The notes beneath the pieces are model-generated. The model did no database searches. It was not told the DNA's origin and saw only the letters and a program-made list of their open reading frames with translations. The position numbers were made by a program, and so were the translations under genes. A stretch of DNA of 64,000 nt from Deltaproteobacteria bacterium (GTDB taxonomy: Bacteria > Myxococcota > Kuafuiibacteriia > Kuafuiibacteriales > Kuafuiibacteriaceae), in contig JAVJQW010000048.1 in NCBI GenBank assembly GCA_040218735.1, positions 64,001 to 128,000 of the forward strand. The letters are read 5' to 3'. Numbering within the stretch: position 1 is the stretch's first letter; the number at the start of each line of letters is the position of its first letter. Shown here piece by piece: positions 11,829-22,261 of the stretch.

Positions 11829-13138
11829 TGCGTTTCACACTCCGCGGCGGAAGACTCGCCCTCCCGACGGGCATCACGGACGGCGACCTCCGCGTCGTCG
11901 ATGGGAAGATCGACGCGATCGGCGAGGTCGAAGGCGACCCCGGCGAGGTCGTGGACGTCGCCGGGCTGATGGTGATGCCCGGCGTCATCGATCCGCAGGT
12001 GCACTTCCGCGAGCCGGGCGCGACGCACAAGGAAGACCTCGAGACCGGCTCGCGCGCGTGTGTCGCGGGCGGCGTCACGTCGTTCCTGGAGATGCCGAAC
12101 ACCAACCCGCCGACCACGTCGCGCGAGGCGATCCAGGACAAGAAGAACCGCGCCGCCGGTCGCGCGCGCGCGAACTACGGCTTCTTCATCGGGGCCACGC
12201 CGGAGAACGTCGACGAGCTCGTCGCGTGTGACGGTGCGTGCGGCATCAAGATCTTCATGGGGTCGAGCACCGGATCGTTGCTCGTGAACGAGCGCAACGA
12301 TCTCGATCGCATCTTCTCGCAGGGACGCCGCCTGATCGCCGTGCACGCCGAGGACGAGGCGCGTCTCATCGAGCGCTACAAGCAGTACGCGGATCGCACC
12401 GACCCCGCCGCGCACACCGAGATCCGCGACGCGAAGGCGGCGCTCCTCGCGACGTCGCTCGCGGTAGAGCTGTCCGAGAAGTACGACCGCCGGTTGCACG
12501 TGCTCCACATGTCGACGGGCGACGAAGCGGACCTGCTCGTCGAGCGCGGCAAGGGCGAGGGCCGCATCACGTGTGAAGTGCTCCCGCAGCACCTGCTGCT
12601 CAATTCGCCCCAGATCTACGATCGCATCGGCACCCGCGCGCAGATGAACCCGCCGCTGCGCGCCAAGGAGCACAGCGAGCGCCTCTGGCGCGGGCTGCAC
12701 GAGGGCACGGTCGACTGCATCGCGACCGACCACGCACCGCACACGTTGGAGGAGAAGGGCCGCGGCTTCGGCAACGCGCCGTCCGGGATGCCGGGCGTGG
12801 AGACCTCGCTCGCCGTGATGCTCGACGCCGCGCACCGTGGGCTGTGCACGGTCGAGGACGTCGTCCGTTGGATGACGGCGGGGCCCGCGGACGTCTACAA
12901 GATCGTCGGCAAGGGTCGGCTGAAGGTCGGCTTCGACGCGGACCTCGCGCTCGTGGATCTCAACCGCACCGAGAAGGTCGGCGCGCGCGGGTACTTCACG
13001 AAGTCCGGCTGGAGCCCGTTCGACGGAATGTCGATCACCGGCTGGCCCGTCCGAACCTACGTCGGCGGGAACCTCGCGTTCGCGGACAACGAGGTCCTCG
13101 ACGGGGTCTTCGGTGGCGAGCTCACCTACGCCCAGTGA
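11828..13138 (+). CDS. pyrC: Dihydroorotase (amidohydrolase, multifunctional-complex type)
   Basis: 'PGVIDPQVHFREPG', 'EMPNTNP', 'KIFMGSSTG', 'HAED', 'NPPLR', 'ATDHAPH'; TGATG coupling to nuoD. Confidence 0.88.
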
Positions 13139-13790
13139 GGTTGCGCCGGACGACCGGCCGCAGGCGGCGCTGATCCGCGAGCACACCGTCGTCGCCGCGC
13201 CGTTCCTCGTCCCCGAGGTGCGGCTGCACCTCGTCACGCCCGAGTGCGCGCTGTGGAAGGCGACCGACGCCGACCTCGAACGGTTGGCGCTGCCCGCGCC
13301 CTACTGGGCGTTCGGGTGGGCGGGCGGTCAGGCGATCGCGCGCGCCATCCTCGACGGGGAGATCGAGGTCGCAGACAAGCGCGTCGTCGACTTCGGCGCG
13401 GGGAGCGGGCTCATCGCGATCGCCGCGATGCTCCGCGGCGCGACCTGCGCCCTCGCCGCGGACGTCGATCCGTTCGCCGCGATCGCGTGCCGCATGAACG
13501 CGGCGCTGAACGGTGTCGAGCTGGAGACCACCGTCGTGGATCTCGTCGGGCGCGAGGTGAACGCCGACGTCGTGTTCGCGGGCGACGTCACCTACGCCGC
13601 GGATCTCGCCGCCGCGGTACGCACCTGGCTCCTGGAGCTCGCCGCCGCGGGCCGCCGCATCTACGTCGGCGATCCGGGGCGCGGGTTCCTCGACACGGAG
13701 GGGCTGGAGCGCGTCGCGACGATCGACGCGCCGAGCGACGTGGACGTCGACGGGCAGTACCTGGTGCCGACGCCGATCTACGCGCTCTGA
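13113..13790 (+). CDS. Class I SAM-dependent methyltransferase (lysine/nicotinamide N-methylase-like)
   Basis: 'PYWAFGWAGGQAIAR', 'VVDFGAGSG', 'AGDVTY', 'GDPGR'. Confidence 0.85.
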   Translation: MASSPTPSEVAPDDRPQAALIREHTVVAAPFLVPEVRLHLVTPECALWKATDADLERLALPAPYWAFGWAGGQAIARAILDGEIEVADKRVVDFGAGSGLIAIAAMLRGATCALAADVDPFAAIACRMNAALNGVELETTVVDLVGREVNADVVFAGDVTYAADLAAAVRTWLLELAAAGRRIYVGDPGRGFLDTEGLERVATIDAPSDVDVDGQYLVPTPIYAL

Positions 13791-14752
13791 AGCTCCGGCC
13801 CGCAGTCGTCGTCTTCGCACTGGATCACCTCGATGGTGAGGTGCACCAGCTCCTGGTGGCGGTCGGCGACGAGCGCCTTGTAGTGCTCGGGGGCCTTGGG
13901 CTCGTGGGTGACGACGGAGAGCATGCAGGCGAGGTGCGTCGGGCCGACGCGCCAGACGTGGAGGTCGGCGACGCGGTTGTCGTCCTTGCTCTCGATCGCG
14001 GTGCGGACGCGGTCGGCGACCGCCGGGTCGACCTCGGCGTCGAGGAGGACGCGGCTCGTGGAGCGCATGAGGTCGACCGACCACTTCGCGATGACCACGG
14101 CGCCGACGACGCCCATCAACGGGTCGAGGCCCGTCCAGCCCATGAAGCGCCCCGCGACGAGCGCGCCGATCGCGAGCACCGAGGTCAGCGCGTCCGCGAG
14201 CACGTGCATGTAGGCGGCCTTCAGGTTGTGGTCGTCGCCGTGGTGGTGGTGATGGTGGTCGTGCCCGTGGTGGTGGTGGTGGTCGTGGCCGTCGCCGCTC
14301 CCGGAGAGCAGGACCGCGGAGGCGATGTTGACGAGCAGCCCGAGCACCGCCACGGCGATGGCTTCGTCGAACCGGATGGCGATGGGCTCCATGAAGCGCT
14401 CGATCGACTCCACGGCCATCAGCACACCCGCGATCCCGAGGCCCACCGCCGACGCGAACCCGCCGAGCGCGCTGACCTTCCCGGTGCCGAAGGTGAAGCG
14501 GGGGTTGTCGGCGTGTTTGCGGGCGTAGGCGTAGGCGAAGGCCGCGATGCCGAAGGCGGCGGCGTGCGTGCCCATGTGCCACCCGTCCGCGAGCAGGGCC
14601 ATCGAGCCGAACCAGAACCCGGCGCCGATCTCGACGACCATCGTGACGATCGTCAGACCGATGACGATCCACGTCTTGCGCTCGCCGTCGGCCGCGGCGC
14701 CGTGCGCGAAGTCGTGGCTCGGCCGGTGGCGCTCGAGCTCCTTGGTGTGCAT
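13778..14752 (-). CDS. dmeF: CDF family Co(II)/Ni(II) efflux transporter
   Basis: 'GSMALLADGWHMGTHA', 'FTFGTGKV', His-rich loop, 'HNLKAAYMHVLADALTS', 'DLHVW'. Confidence 0.9.
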   Translation of the reverse strand: MHTKELERHRPSHDFAHGAAADGERKTWIVIGLTIVTMVVEIGAGFWFGSMALLADGWHMGTHAAAFGIAAFAYAYARKHADNPRFTFGTGKVSALGGFASAVGLGIAGVLMAVESIERFMEPIAIRFDEAIAVAVLGLLVNIASAVLLSGSGDGHDHHHHHGHDHHHHHHGDDHNLKAAYMHVLADALTSVLAIGALVAGRFMGWTGLDPLMGVVGAVVIAKWSVDLMRSTSRVLLDAEVDPAVADRVRTAIESKDDNRVADLHVWRVGPTHLACMLSVVTHEPKAPEHYKALVADRHQELVHLTIEVIQCEDDDCGPELQSA

Positions 14753-14817
14753 CGCCGCCTACGAGTTTCTCACGGATCGACGCCCGCCGCAGCGGGGGAA
14801 CCGGTATCATGGGGACC

Positions 14818-17800
14818 GTGCGACGCGCTCTGTTCCTCCTCGCTCTCGGCCTCGTGGCGTGCGGTCGGAGCTACCCGCTGGAACCCCCCGAGCCGCGCGT
14901 GACGCTGTGGATCACGCCGTCGAGTCTCCCCGACGCCGTGATCCAGGCGTCCTACACGGGGGTCGTTCGTGCCCACGGTCCCGGACCCTGGTCGTGGTCG
15001 GTCGAAGGGGAGCTCCCCCCGGGGCTGGTGCTCGTGCCCGGGGAGGCGACCGCGACCATCGGCGGTGTCCCGCTGGCCGAAGGTGCGTTTGCGTTCACCG
15101 TCGTGCTGACGGGGTTCGCGGGTGAGACGGCGCGCGCCGACTACACGATCACAGTGACGGCTCCGGTCCGGCCGCTGGCGATCGTGACGACCGCGCTCCC
15201 CGACGCCTTCTCGGGGGCGCGCTACGACGAACCGATCGAAGCGATCGGCGGTCGCACGCCCTACGTCTGGTCGGTGACGATGGCCGCGCCGCCCGAGGGG
15301 TTGGAGCTCGTCCAGGACGGGGATCAGGCGCGCCTCACCGGGATGGCGTGGATACCGCAGAACGTCGTCTTCTGGGTGACGGTCGAGGACGCGGAGGGGA
15401 CTCGCGTCGAGAAGGCGTTCGGGCTTCGGGTGCGCGGGCAGGAAGCGCCGCTCGGAATCCGCAGCCCACGGATGTTGCCGCCCGCGCAGGTCGGCGAGGC
15501 GTACGAGCTTCAGATCGTCGGAAGCGGTGGCGTTCCGCCCTACGCCTGGACGGTGTCGAGCGGGAGCCTCCCGCCCGGCCTCACCCTCGAGACCTCGTTC
15601 ACTGGGGCGTCGACCCTGTTGCACGGACGCCCGACGCGCGTCGGCGACTACACGTTTCAGATCGAGCTCTTCGACGACGTCGGCAACTCGATCTCGGACG
15701 AGTTCACGATGAGCGTCGTCGACGCGGAGCCGCTGGAGATCTACACGGAGTCGTTCTCCGACGGGTCGATCAACGATCCCTACAACGCCATCGCGACGTG
15801 CACGCCGGGCTTCGACCCGTACCGTTGGAGCATCTCGGCCGGGTCGCTCCCGCCGGGGCTGACGATGGAGATCGACAACCGCGCGACGGTGCGCTTCTGG
15901 GGCCGCCCGTCCGTCGCGGGGACCTTCTCGTTCACGCTCCAGGTCGAGGACGGGAGCGGTCGCGTGGCGCGGCGCTCCTATCAGATCGAGGTGAGCGAGG
16001 ATCCCGTGTTGCGCATCATCGCGCCGCCGGCGCTCCCCGTGGCCGAGATCGGGCTGGCGTACGAGGTGGAGATCACCGCGGCGAACGGCGCGGAGCCGTA
16101 CACGTGGGCGGTGATGGGGCAGCTCCCCCCGGGGCTGACGATCGAGTCGATCGGGACCCCGTCCACGACGATCTCCGGCACGCCGACCGCGTTGGGCGCG
16201 TACACGTTCGACGTGCTTGCAATCGATCGCAATGCGCGCCGCGCGACGCGCACGTACACCATCGAAGTGCTGCCGAGCTCGGTGCCGCTGCAGATCCTGA
16301 CCTCGTCGCTCGACGACGGCGATCCTTGCGAGCACTACTTCGCGACGCTCGAGGCGGGCGGCGGCGCGCGGACGGGATACAGCTGGGCGCTGACGCAAGG
16401 TAGCTTGCCACCCGGGCTGAGCCTGTCCTCGAACGGCGCGCAGGGGGGCATCTCGGGGGTGCCGACGATGCCCGGCAGCTACACGTTCACGGTGCAGCTC
16501 ACGGACGCGCTCGGTGACACGGTCACGCGAACGCTCGCGCTGACGATCACCACCGACGCGGGGCCGCGCTTCGGGGTGATGGTCGGGTCGTCTTCGGGGC
16601 GCGGGATCGTCGTGCCGATCGATCTCTGTGCGGGGTCGCCGACGCCGCGACCAACGCTCACCAACGGAAGCTCGAACGACATCGGCGCGCTGCGTACGCT
16701 CGGATCGTTCGGTCTGTCGCCGGACGGTGCGTGGTTCGTCTACGTCGAACAGCGCAACGCGCAGTACGGCGTCTACGCGGTGGACCTCACCGCGATGACG
16801 CCGACGGCGCAGCTCGTCGCGCCGATCCAGAACGCCTCGGCGGTCCGGGTGCGGTGGGCGCCGGACAGCTCCAAGTTCGTCTTCTTCGCGCGCGCTGGGA
16901 CGGCGGGGAACGGGTTCTCGATTCACGCGGTCCACGTCGGCGCGACCGGCCTGTCCGCGCCGATGCGCGTGGACCCGCCGAGTGATCCCGCGGCCGGACC
17001 GAACAACACGATGTCGTGGTCGCCGAACGGTCAGCGCTTGGCGTTCACCGGGGACCACAACGTCGCGGGCACCACCGAGCTGTGGGTCAGCGACGTCTTC
17101 ACGTCGAGCGTCGCGACGCGGGCGGCGAGCGGGACGCTCGATACTTCGCAGGACGTGCTGGGGCTCGAGCCGATCTGGTCGCCGGACTCGAACCACGTGT
17201 TCTTCGCGGGCATCATTCGCGACGCGCGTCGCGAGCTGTTCCACGCCGACGTGCGGGTGACGCCGCCGACGCGTCAGCCGCTGGTCGCCGCGGCGCCGGC
17301 GTTTACTTCCTTCGTGAGCTGGCTGACGCCGTCGCCCGACGGGACGGCGTTTGTGTTCGCCTCCGACCTGATGACCGACAACGTGTCGGAGCTGTTCTTC
17401 GTGGACATGACCGCCGCGGCGTTCTCGGCGCTGCGGATCAGCCCGCCTTCGGCGTCGACCTCACAGCGGGTGAACGGGCCGGTGTGGTCGAACGGCTCGG
17501 ACCGAGTGCTCTACACCGTGCAGGCGCCGATGAGCGCGCCGGGGCGGCTGTACCTCTCCGATCCCACGGTGCCGACGATCGCGCTGCGCGTCGACCAGGG
17601 CTCCCCGTCGGGCGGCGGGGTGCGCACCACCGAAGCGAGCTACGCGTTCGCGCACGACGACTCCCGCATCGCCTTCCTCGCCGACTTCAACGTGCGTTTC
17701 CGGTACGAGCCGTACGTCGTCTCCTCCGCGCCCCTGATGCCGGTCATCGCCGGGCAGCACCAGGCGGGTGCGAACACCCGGGTGCTCCGCTGGGCGAAGG

Positions 17801-18105
17801 AGGCGGACCGCCTCGTCGTGCTCACCGAAGCGCCGAACAGCGGACCGCGCGAGATCTACGCGATCGACTTCACGACCGGCGGCGCCGGGGTGTCCACGCT
17901 CGTGAGTGGTATGAGCGGCAACGCTTCGTTCAGCGAGACCACGATCGCGGTGTCGCCGTCGGCGGGGCGTGTGTACTTCGGGCTCGCGCCGAGCTTCTCG
18001 AATCCGGCCCCGCACGTCTCGGACGTCGCCGGCCCGAACGCAAACATGCCGCAGGCGCTCGCTTCGGGCCTCGCGGTCGTGCAGTACTACGAGATGCCGT
18101 GGTGA
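14818..18105 (+). CDS. Lipoprotein with 6 putative Ig (He_PIG-like) repeats and a C-terminal TolB-like beta-propeller
   Basis: Lipobox 'LVAC'; repeated 'PY.W....GSLPPGL...G.P...G.YTF'; then 'WAPDS/WSPNG/WSPDS' blades. Start at GTG 14818 or ATG 14809. Confidence 0.82.
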   Translation: MRRALFLLALGLVACGRSYPLEPPEPRVTLWITPSSLPDAVIQASYTGVVRAHGPGPWSWSVEGELPPGLVLVPGEATATIGGVPLAEGAFAFTVVLTGFAGETARADYTITVTAPVRPLAIVTTALPDAFSGARYDEPIEAIGGRTPYVWSVTMAAPPEGLELVQDGDQARLTGMAWIPQNVVFWVTVEDAEGTRVEKAFGLRVRGQEAPLGIRSPRMLPPAQVGEAYELQIVGSGGVPPYAWTVSSGSLPPGLTLETSFTGASTLLHGRPTRVGDYTFQIELFDDVGNSISDEFTMSVVDAEPLEIYTESFSDGSINDPYNAIATCTPGFDPYRWSISAGSLPPGLTMEIDNRATVRFWGRPSVAGTFSFTLQVEDGSGRVARRSYQIEVSEDPVLRIIAPPALPVAEIGLAYEVEITAANGAEPYTWAVMGQLPPGLTIESIGTPSTTISGTPTALGAYTFDVLAIDRNARRATRTYTIEVLPSSVPLQILTSSLDDGDPCEHYFATLEAGGGARTGYSWALTQGSLPPGLSLSSNGAQGGISGVPTMPGSYTFTVQLTDALGDTVTRTLALTITTDAGPRFGVMVGSSSGRGIVVPIDLCAGSPTPRPTLTNGSSNDIGALRTLGSFGLSPDGAWFVYVEQRNAQYGVYAVDLTAMTPTAQLVAPIQNASAVRVRWAPDSSKFVFFARAGTAGNGFSIHAVHVGATGLSAPMRVDPPSDPAAGPNNTMSWSPNGQRLAFTGDHNVAGTTELWVSDVFTSSVATRAASGTLDTSQDVLGLEPIWSPDSNHVFFAGIIRDARRELFHADVRVTPPTRQPLVAAAPAFTSFVSWLTPSPDGTAFVFASDLMTDNVSELFFVDMTAAAFSALRISPPSASTSQRVNGPVWSNGSDRVLYTVQAPMSAPGRLYLSDPTVPTIALRVDQGSPSGGGVRTTEASYAFAHDDSRIAFLADFNVRFRYEPYVVSSAPLMPVIAGQHQAGANTRVLRWAKEADRLVVLTEAPNSGPREIYAIDFTTGGAGVSTLVSGMSGNASFSETTIAVSPSAGRVYFGLAPSFSNPAPHVSDVAGPNANMPQALASGLAVVQYYEMPW

Positions 18106-20843
18106 GGCGTGTCCTCCTCTGCTGCCTCGCGCTCGTGGCGTGCAGCGAGCCGGCGGACACCGAGCTCATGCCCCGGGACGACGCGGGCGTCGCGCCGGTC
18201 GAAGCGAAGCCGCTGGCGTTCGTGACGGTCGAGCTCCCGGACGGGCGGCTCGGCGATGCGTACGAGGCGACGATCGAAGGGGAGGGCGGCCGGCCGCCGT
18301 ACACGTGGCGCGTCGTCTCCGGAGAGCCGCCGCTCGGAGTGGTGCTGGGGGAGGGCACGCCGTCGGCGCCGCTGTCGGGGACGCCGCGGCGGTTCGGCAA
18401 CTTCACCTTCGCAGTGGATCTCCAGGACGCCGACGGGACGTTGGTGACGCAGGTGTTCGACCTGCTGGTGGTCGACATCGACCCGCTGGAGATCCTCACC
18501 GTCGGGTTGCCGCCGGGGATGCGCTTCGAACCGTACGCGGCGCAGATCGAGTGCACGCCGGGGTTCGGTCCTTACCGATGGCGCCTGAGCCGCGGTGCGC
18601 TGCCGGCGGGGTTGTCGATGTCCGGCGAGGACGAGAGCGCGGACATCTCGGGGGCCCCGACGGTCGGCGGGGCTACGAGCAGCTTCGCCGTCGAGGTTCG
18701 CGATCGATTCGATCGCGTCGCGGAACGCTCCTTCTCGCTCATCGTGCATCGGCTACCGCCGGTACAGATCATCGAGCCTACGACCTTGCCGCCGGGGCGC
18801 GTGGGCGAGCCGTACGAAGTCGCGATCACCGCCGCGGACGGGGTGCCGCCCTATCGCTGGGAGGCGGGGACCTCGCTCCCGGCGGGTCTCACCCTCGCAA
18901 TTTCAGGGACCCCTTCCACCCGACTGCACGGCACCCCCGAGGACGCCGGGCTTCATTCGATCGATGTCGTCGTCGAGGACGCGGACTCCCAGCGGGTCAG
19001 GCGTTCGTATCAAATGGAGGTGCTGCCCGGACAGCTCGCGATTCGAACGTCCACGGTGCCCGATGGTGCGCTGTGCGAAGACTACCTTGCGACGATCATC
19101 GCGGAGGGCGGGACGCCGCCGTACAGTTGGTCCGTCGTGCAAGGTAGCTTGCCGCCCGGGTTGGTGTTCGACCTCGCGGGCGAACGGATCGCGGTGATCG
19201 GAGTGCCGCAACAGGCGGGGACCTTCTCGATCGACGCCATCGTCACCGACGCGCTTGGCCAGACCCAGACCGCGAGCTTCCCGGTTCAGATCGGACCTGT
19301 CGCCGGGCCTCGCCTCGGTGTCCTGATCGGGGCGCAGCTTCCGCAGCGGCGCGTGTGGCCGGTGGATCTCTGCGCCGTGACACCCACGCCGATGGCCGCG
19401 CTTTCGGTGACCGCTGGGTCCGAGCTCGGCGTGGGGGGCTCGTTGGATTCGTTTGCCTTGTCACCGACGCGACGGCACTTCGTGTACGCCGCGCACCAGG
19501 GCGGTCAGCGGGGCATCTTCCTCGTCGACCTGACCGGCGTCGCGCCGGTGCAGACGTTCGTCACGGAGGTCGCCTCGCTCGCCGAGGTCGCCGTGGAGTT
19601 CTCGCCCGATGGCACCCAGCTCGCCTATCGCGCGCGCCTCCCCTCGGAGGGCGCCTGGCAGCTCTACGTCGTCGACGTCACCGAGACTCCGCTCGTCTCT
19701 CGCCAAGTCGATCCGGCGAGCTCGGGTTCGGCGGGGCCGACGGTGCACATGCGGTGGTCGCCGAATGGGCAGCGCCTCGCCTTCGTGGGGACCCACACGC
19801 TCACGCACGAAGCGTACGTCGCGGACATCTCGACCGCGACGGTGACGACGCGTGTGGTCAGTCGAGGCCAGCTCGCGCCCGCCAACGTGCTGCGAGTCGT
19901 GGCGTGGTCGGCGGATTCGAATCACCTGTTGTTCAGCGCGGACGCGCTGCGCGGTGCGCGTCGTGAGATCTACGCGGTCGATCTCCGAATCCCGACGGCG
20001 GTGCCCGAGCCGATCACGCCGCAGGCGATCGATTCGTCCCAAGTATCATTGGACACCACGGTCTCGGCGAGCGGCGACTTCCTCGCGTACCTCGGGAATC
20101 AGCAGCTGCTCGAGCGTAATGACCTCTACGTCGTCGATCTCACCACGCCGCCGTTCAACGTGGTGAGGGCGGCGTCCTCGACCTCGCCCTTCGCCGAAGC
20201 CGCGGCGCCGAAGTGGGCGCCCGTCGGCGAACAGCTCGCGTTCCTCGCTCGGGTCGCGCTGAACGGCCCCTTCGGGGTCTACGAAGCGGACGCCCGCGTC
20301 GCGACGGCGGCGACGCGCCTGGATCCTCCGTCGACGGTGCAGGGCGGTGTCCAGGTGAGCGCGGCGGCGTTTGCGTACAACCACGACGGGTCGCGCCTCG
20401 CGTACATCGCGGACACGTATACACGCGGGCGCTTCCAACACTACGTCGCGCATCGTGCGGGGCCGTACGCCCGGATGGTGTTCCCGCTCGGACAGCTCGA
20501 CGCCACACACCACGTGGTGGCGTTCGAGTGGGCGTCGGGCGCGAATCGAATGCTCATCGCCGCCGAGCCCCGCACCGGCGGCCCCGCCGAGCTGTATGTG
20601 GCGGACCTTCTGGACACGCGCGGAGGCATCACCACGCGCGTCGGCGCGCCGATGGCGAACGTCTTCGCAGCCGAGCCCATGCTCGCGATCTCCGCGTCCG
20701 GGGCGCGCATCTTCTACGGCGAGGTCACCGCGGCGTCGCCGTCACCGACGCCGGTCGTGACGTACACGGGCGGGCCGATGTCTCAGACGCCGATGCTGCT
20801 CACGCCGTCCGACGCGCAGCTGCTCCATCACATCAGAAACTAG
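18102..20843 (+). CDS. Paralogous lipoprotein with 4 Ig-like repeats and a TolB-like beta-propeller
   Basis: GTG 18102 overlaps the previous stop; 'MRRVLLCCLALVAC'; same architecture, with 'WSPNGQRLAF' shared. Confidence 0.82.
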   Translation: MRRVLLCCLALVACSEPADTELMPRDDAGVAPVEAKPLAFVTVELPDGRLGDAYEATIEGEGGRPPYTWRVVSGEPPLGVVLGEGTPSAPLSGTPRRFGNFTFAVDLQDADGTLVTQVFDLLVVDIDPLEILTVGLPPGMRFEPYAAQIECTPGFGPYRWRLSRGALPAGLSMSGEDESADISGAPTVGGATSSFAVEVRDRFDRVAERSFSLIVHRLPPVQIIEPTTLPPGRVGEPYEVAITAADGVPPYRWEAGTSLPAGLTLAISGTPSTRLHGTPEDAGLHSIDVVVEDADSQRVRRSYQMEVLPGQLAIRTSTVPDGALCEDYLATIIAEGGTPPYSWSVVQGSLPPGLVFDLAGERIAVIGVPQQAGTFSIDAIVTDALGQTQTASFPVQIGPVAGPRLGVLIGAQLPQRRVWPVDLCAVTPTPMAALSVTAGSELGVGGSLDSFALSPTRRHFVYAAHQGGQRGIFLVDLTGVAPVQTFVTEVASLAEVAVEFSPDGTQLAYRARLPSEGAWQLYVVDVTETPLVSRQVDPASSGSAGPTVHMRWSPNGQRLAFVGTHTLTHEAYVADISTATVTTRVVSRGQLAPANVLRVVAWSADSNHLLFSADALRGARREIYAVDLRIPTAVPEPITPQAIDSSQVSLDTTVSASGDFLAYLGNQQLLERNDLYVVDLTTPPFNVVRAASSTSPFAEAAAPKWAPVGEQLAFLARVALNGPFGVYEADARVATAATRLDPPSTVQGGVQVSAAAFAYNHDGSRLAYIADTYTRGRFQHYVAHRAGPYARMVFPLGQLDATHHVVAFEWASGANRMLIAAEPRTGGPAELYVADLLDTRGGITTRVGAPMANVFAAEPMLAISASGARIFYGEVTAASPSPTPVVTYTGGPMSQTPMLLTPSDAQLLHHIRN

Positions 20844-21495
20844 AACGCGGCGCGGTCTTCTTGTGACGACCGATCAAGAACACTTCGCGTGATCCCTCGC
20901 GCGTCGCTTCGGGCTTCAGCAGCTTCACGTCCTTGTAGATACGCTTCGCCTCGTCGATCAGCTCGTCGGCGTCGCGGCCCTGGAACAGCTTCGCGATGAA
21001 GAAGCCGCCCTCTTTCACCAGGACGTCGGAGAGCAGGAGCGCCTGTCGCGCGAGGGCGACGGACTTGGCCTGGTCGGCGTCGCGAATGCCGGTGAGCTTC
21101 GGCGCCATGTCGGAGACCAGCCCGTCGATCCGGAACGTGGGCGGGGGCTCCTCGGTGACCTCGGTGCCCTTCTTCTTCGCGACGAGCTCGGCGATCTGGC
21201 GCCGCACGCGCTCCGGGGTGAGGTCGTCGACCGAGGCGATCTCGTGGGAGGCGTTCGGACCGGGCACGACCTCGGCGGGCTCGAGGTCGTAACCTGCGAC
21301 GACGCCCTTCTTGCCGATGACGCGCGAGATGTACTGCATCCACGAGCCCGGCGAGGCGCCGAGGTCGACGATGCGCGCACCTTTGTCGAACAGCGACAGA
21401 CGCCGGTCGATCTCTTCCAGCTTGTAGACGGAGCGCGCGGCGAAGTTCTCTCGCTTCGCGCGCTGGTGAAAACGGTCTTTTTTCTCGTAGGGCAG
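20833..21495 (-). CDS. rlmE: 23S rRNA (Um2552) 2'-O-methyltransferase RlmE/FtsJ
   Basis: 'ARSVYKLEEID', 'IVDLGASPGSW', 'SDMAP', 'KLFQG', 'KPEATREGSREVF'. The homologous N-terminus extends upstream of ATG 21339 to a CTG at 21495. Confidence 0.9.
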   Translation of the reverse strand: MPYEKKDRFHQRAKRENFAARSVYKLEEIDRRLSLFDKGARIVDLGASPGSWMQYISRVIGKKGVVAGYDLEPAEVVPGPNASHEIASVDDLTPERVRRQIAELVAKKKGTEVTEEPPPTFRIDGLVSDMAPKLTGIRDADQAKSVALARQALLLSDVLVKEGGFFIAKLFQGRDADELIDEAKRIYKDVKLLKPEATREGSREVFLIGRHKKTAPRSSF

Positions 21496-21499
21496 GGGG

Positions 21500-22168
21500 T
21501 CAGCCCAGCGGCGTCACGCGGCCGTGGTTCTTCACCGCCTGGCGCACGAACACCGTCGAGTTGCGCGAGCCCGGAACCGAGCCGCGGATGAGGACGAGGT
21601 TCTTCTCCGTGTCGATCTTCACGATGCGGAGGTTCTGAACCGTGACCTTCTTGTTGCCCATCTGACCGGGGAGGCGCTTGCCCTTGTAGACCTCACCGGG
21701 CGTGGTGCGGCAGCCGATCGAGCCGACGTGACGGAACTGCTCGTGCGTACCGTGCGTCTTCTGCTTGGCGCCCTTCATGTTGTGCTTCTTCATGACGCCG
21801 GCGAAGCCTTTGCCCTTCGAGGTGGCGGTGACGTCGATCCACTCGCCCTCCGAAAAGACGTCCGCCTTGATCTCCTGACCGACTTCCATCGGTCCGATCA
21901 TGTCGGCGCTGCCGCGCAGCTCGCGAAGCACCCACTTCGGCTTCACGTCCGCGCGCTTGAAGTGGCCTTCCAGGGCCTTGTTGACCTTGCGGTGCTCTTT
22001 GTCCCCGTAGCCGATCTGCACGGCGTGGTAGCCGTCCTTCCCGTCCACGGACTTCTTCTGAACGACGACGTTCGGGCCGAGCTCCACCACCGTGACGGGG
22101 ATGCGCTTGCCGTCCTCGAAGATCTGGGTCATTCCGATCTTCTTGCCGATCAAACCTTTGCGATCCAT
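21500..22168 (-). CDS. rplC: 50S ribosomal protein L3
   Basis: 'GLIGKKIGMTQIF', 'SKGKGFAGVMK', 'GKRLPGQMG', 'GSVPG'; AAGGAG Shine-Dalgarno. Confidence 0.98.
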   Translation of the reverse strand: MDRKGLIGKKIGMTQIFEDGKRIPVTVVELGPNVVVQKKSVDGKDGYHAVQIGYGDKEHRKVNKALEGHFKRADVKPKWVLRELRGSADMIGPMEVGQEIKADVFSEGEWIDVTATSKGKGFAGVMKKHNMKGAKQKTHGTHEQFRHVGSIGCRTTPGEVYKGKRLPGQMGNKKVTVQNLRIVKIDTEKNLVLIRGSVPGSRNSTVFVRQAVKNHGRVTPLG

Positions 22169-22261
22169 TGCAACTAGCTCCTTGTTCGCCCGGCCTCATG
22201 GCGGCTCGCCGGCCTTCCTGCCGACGGGCACATCAGGTTCTTTTCCGGGTCGAGGCCGCGG

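Noticed and set aside
14238-14290. Poly-His coding repeat in dmeF
   Set aside because: A His-rich cytoplasmic loop is a normal feature of DmeF/CDF transporters.
17016-18101. N-terminal 362 aa of the listed 1275-aa ORF
   Set aside because: This is an off-frame overlap with the upstream gene. The real protein starts at GTG 18102 with a lipoprotein signal.
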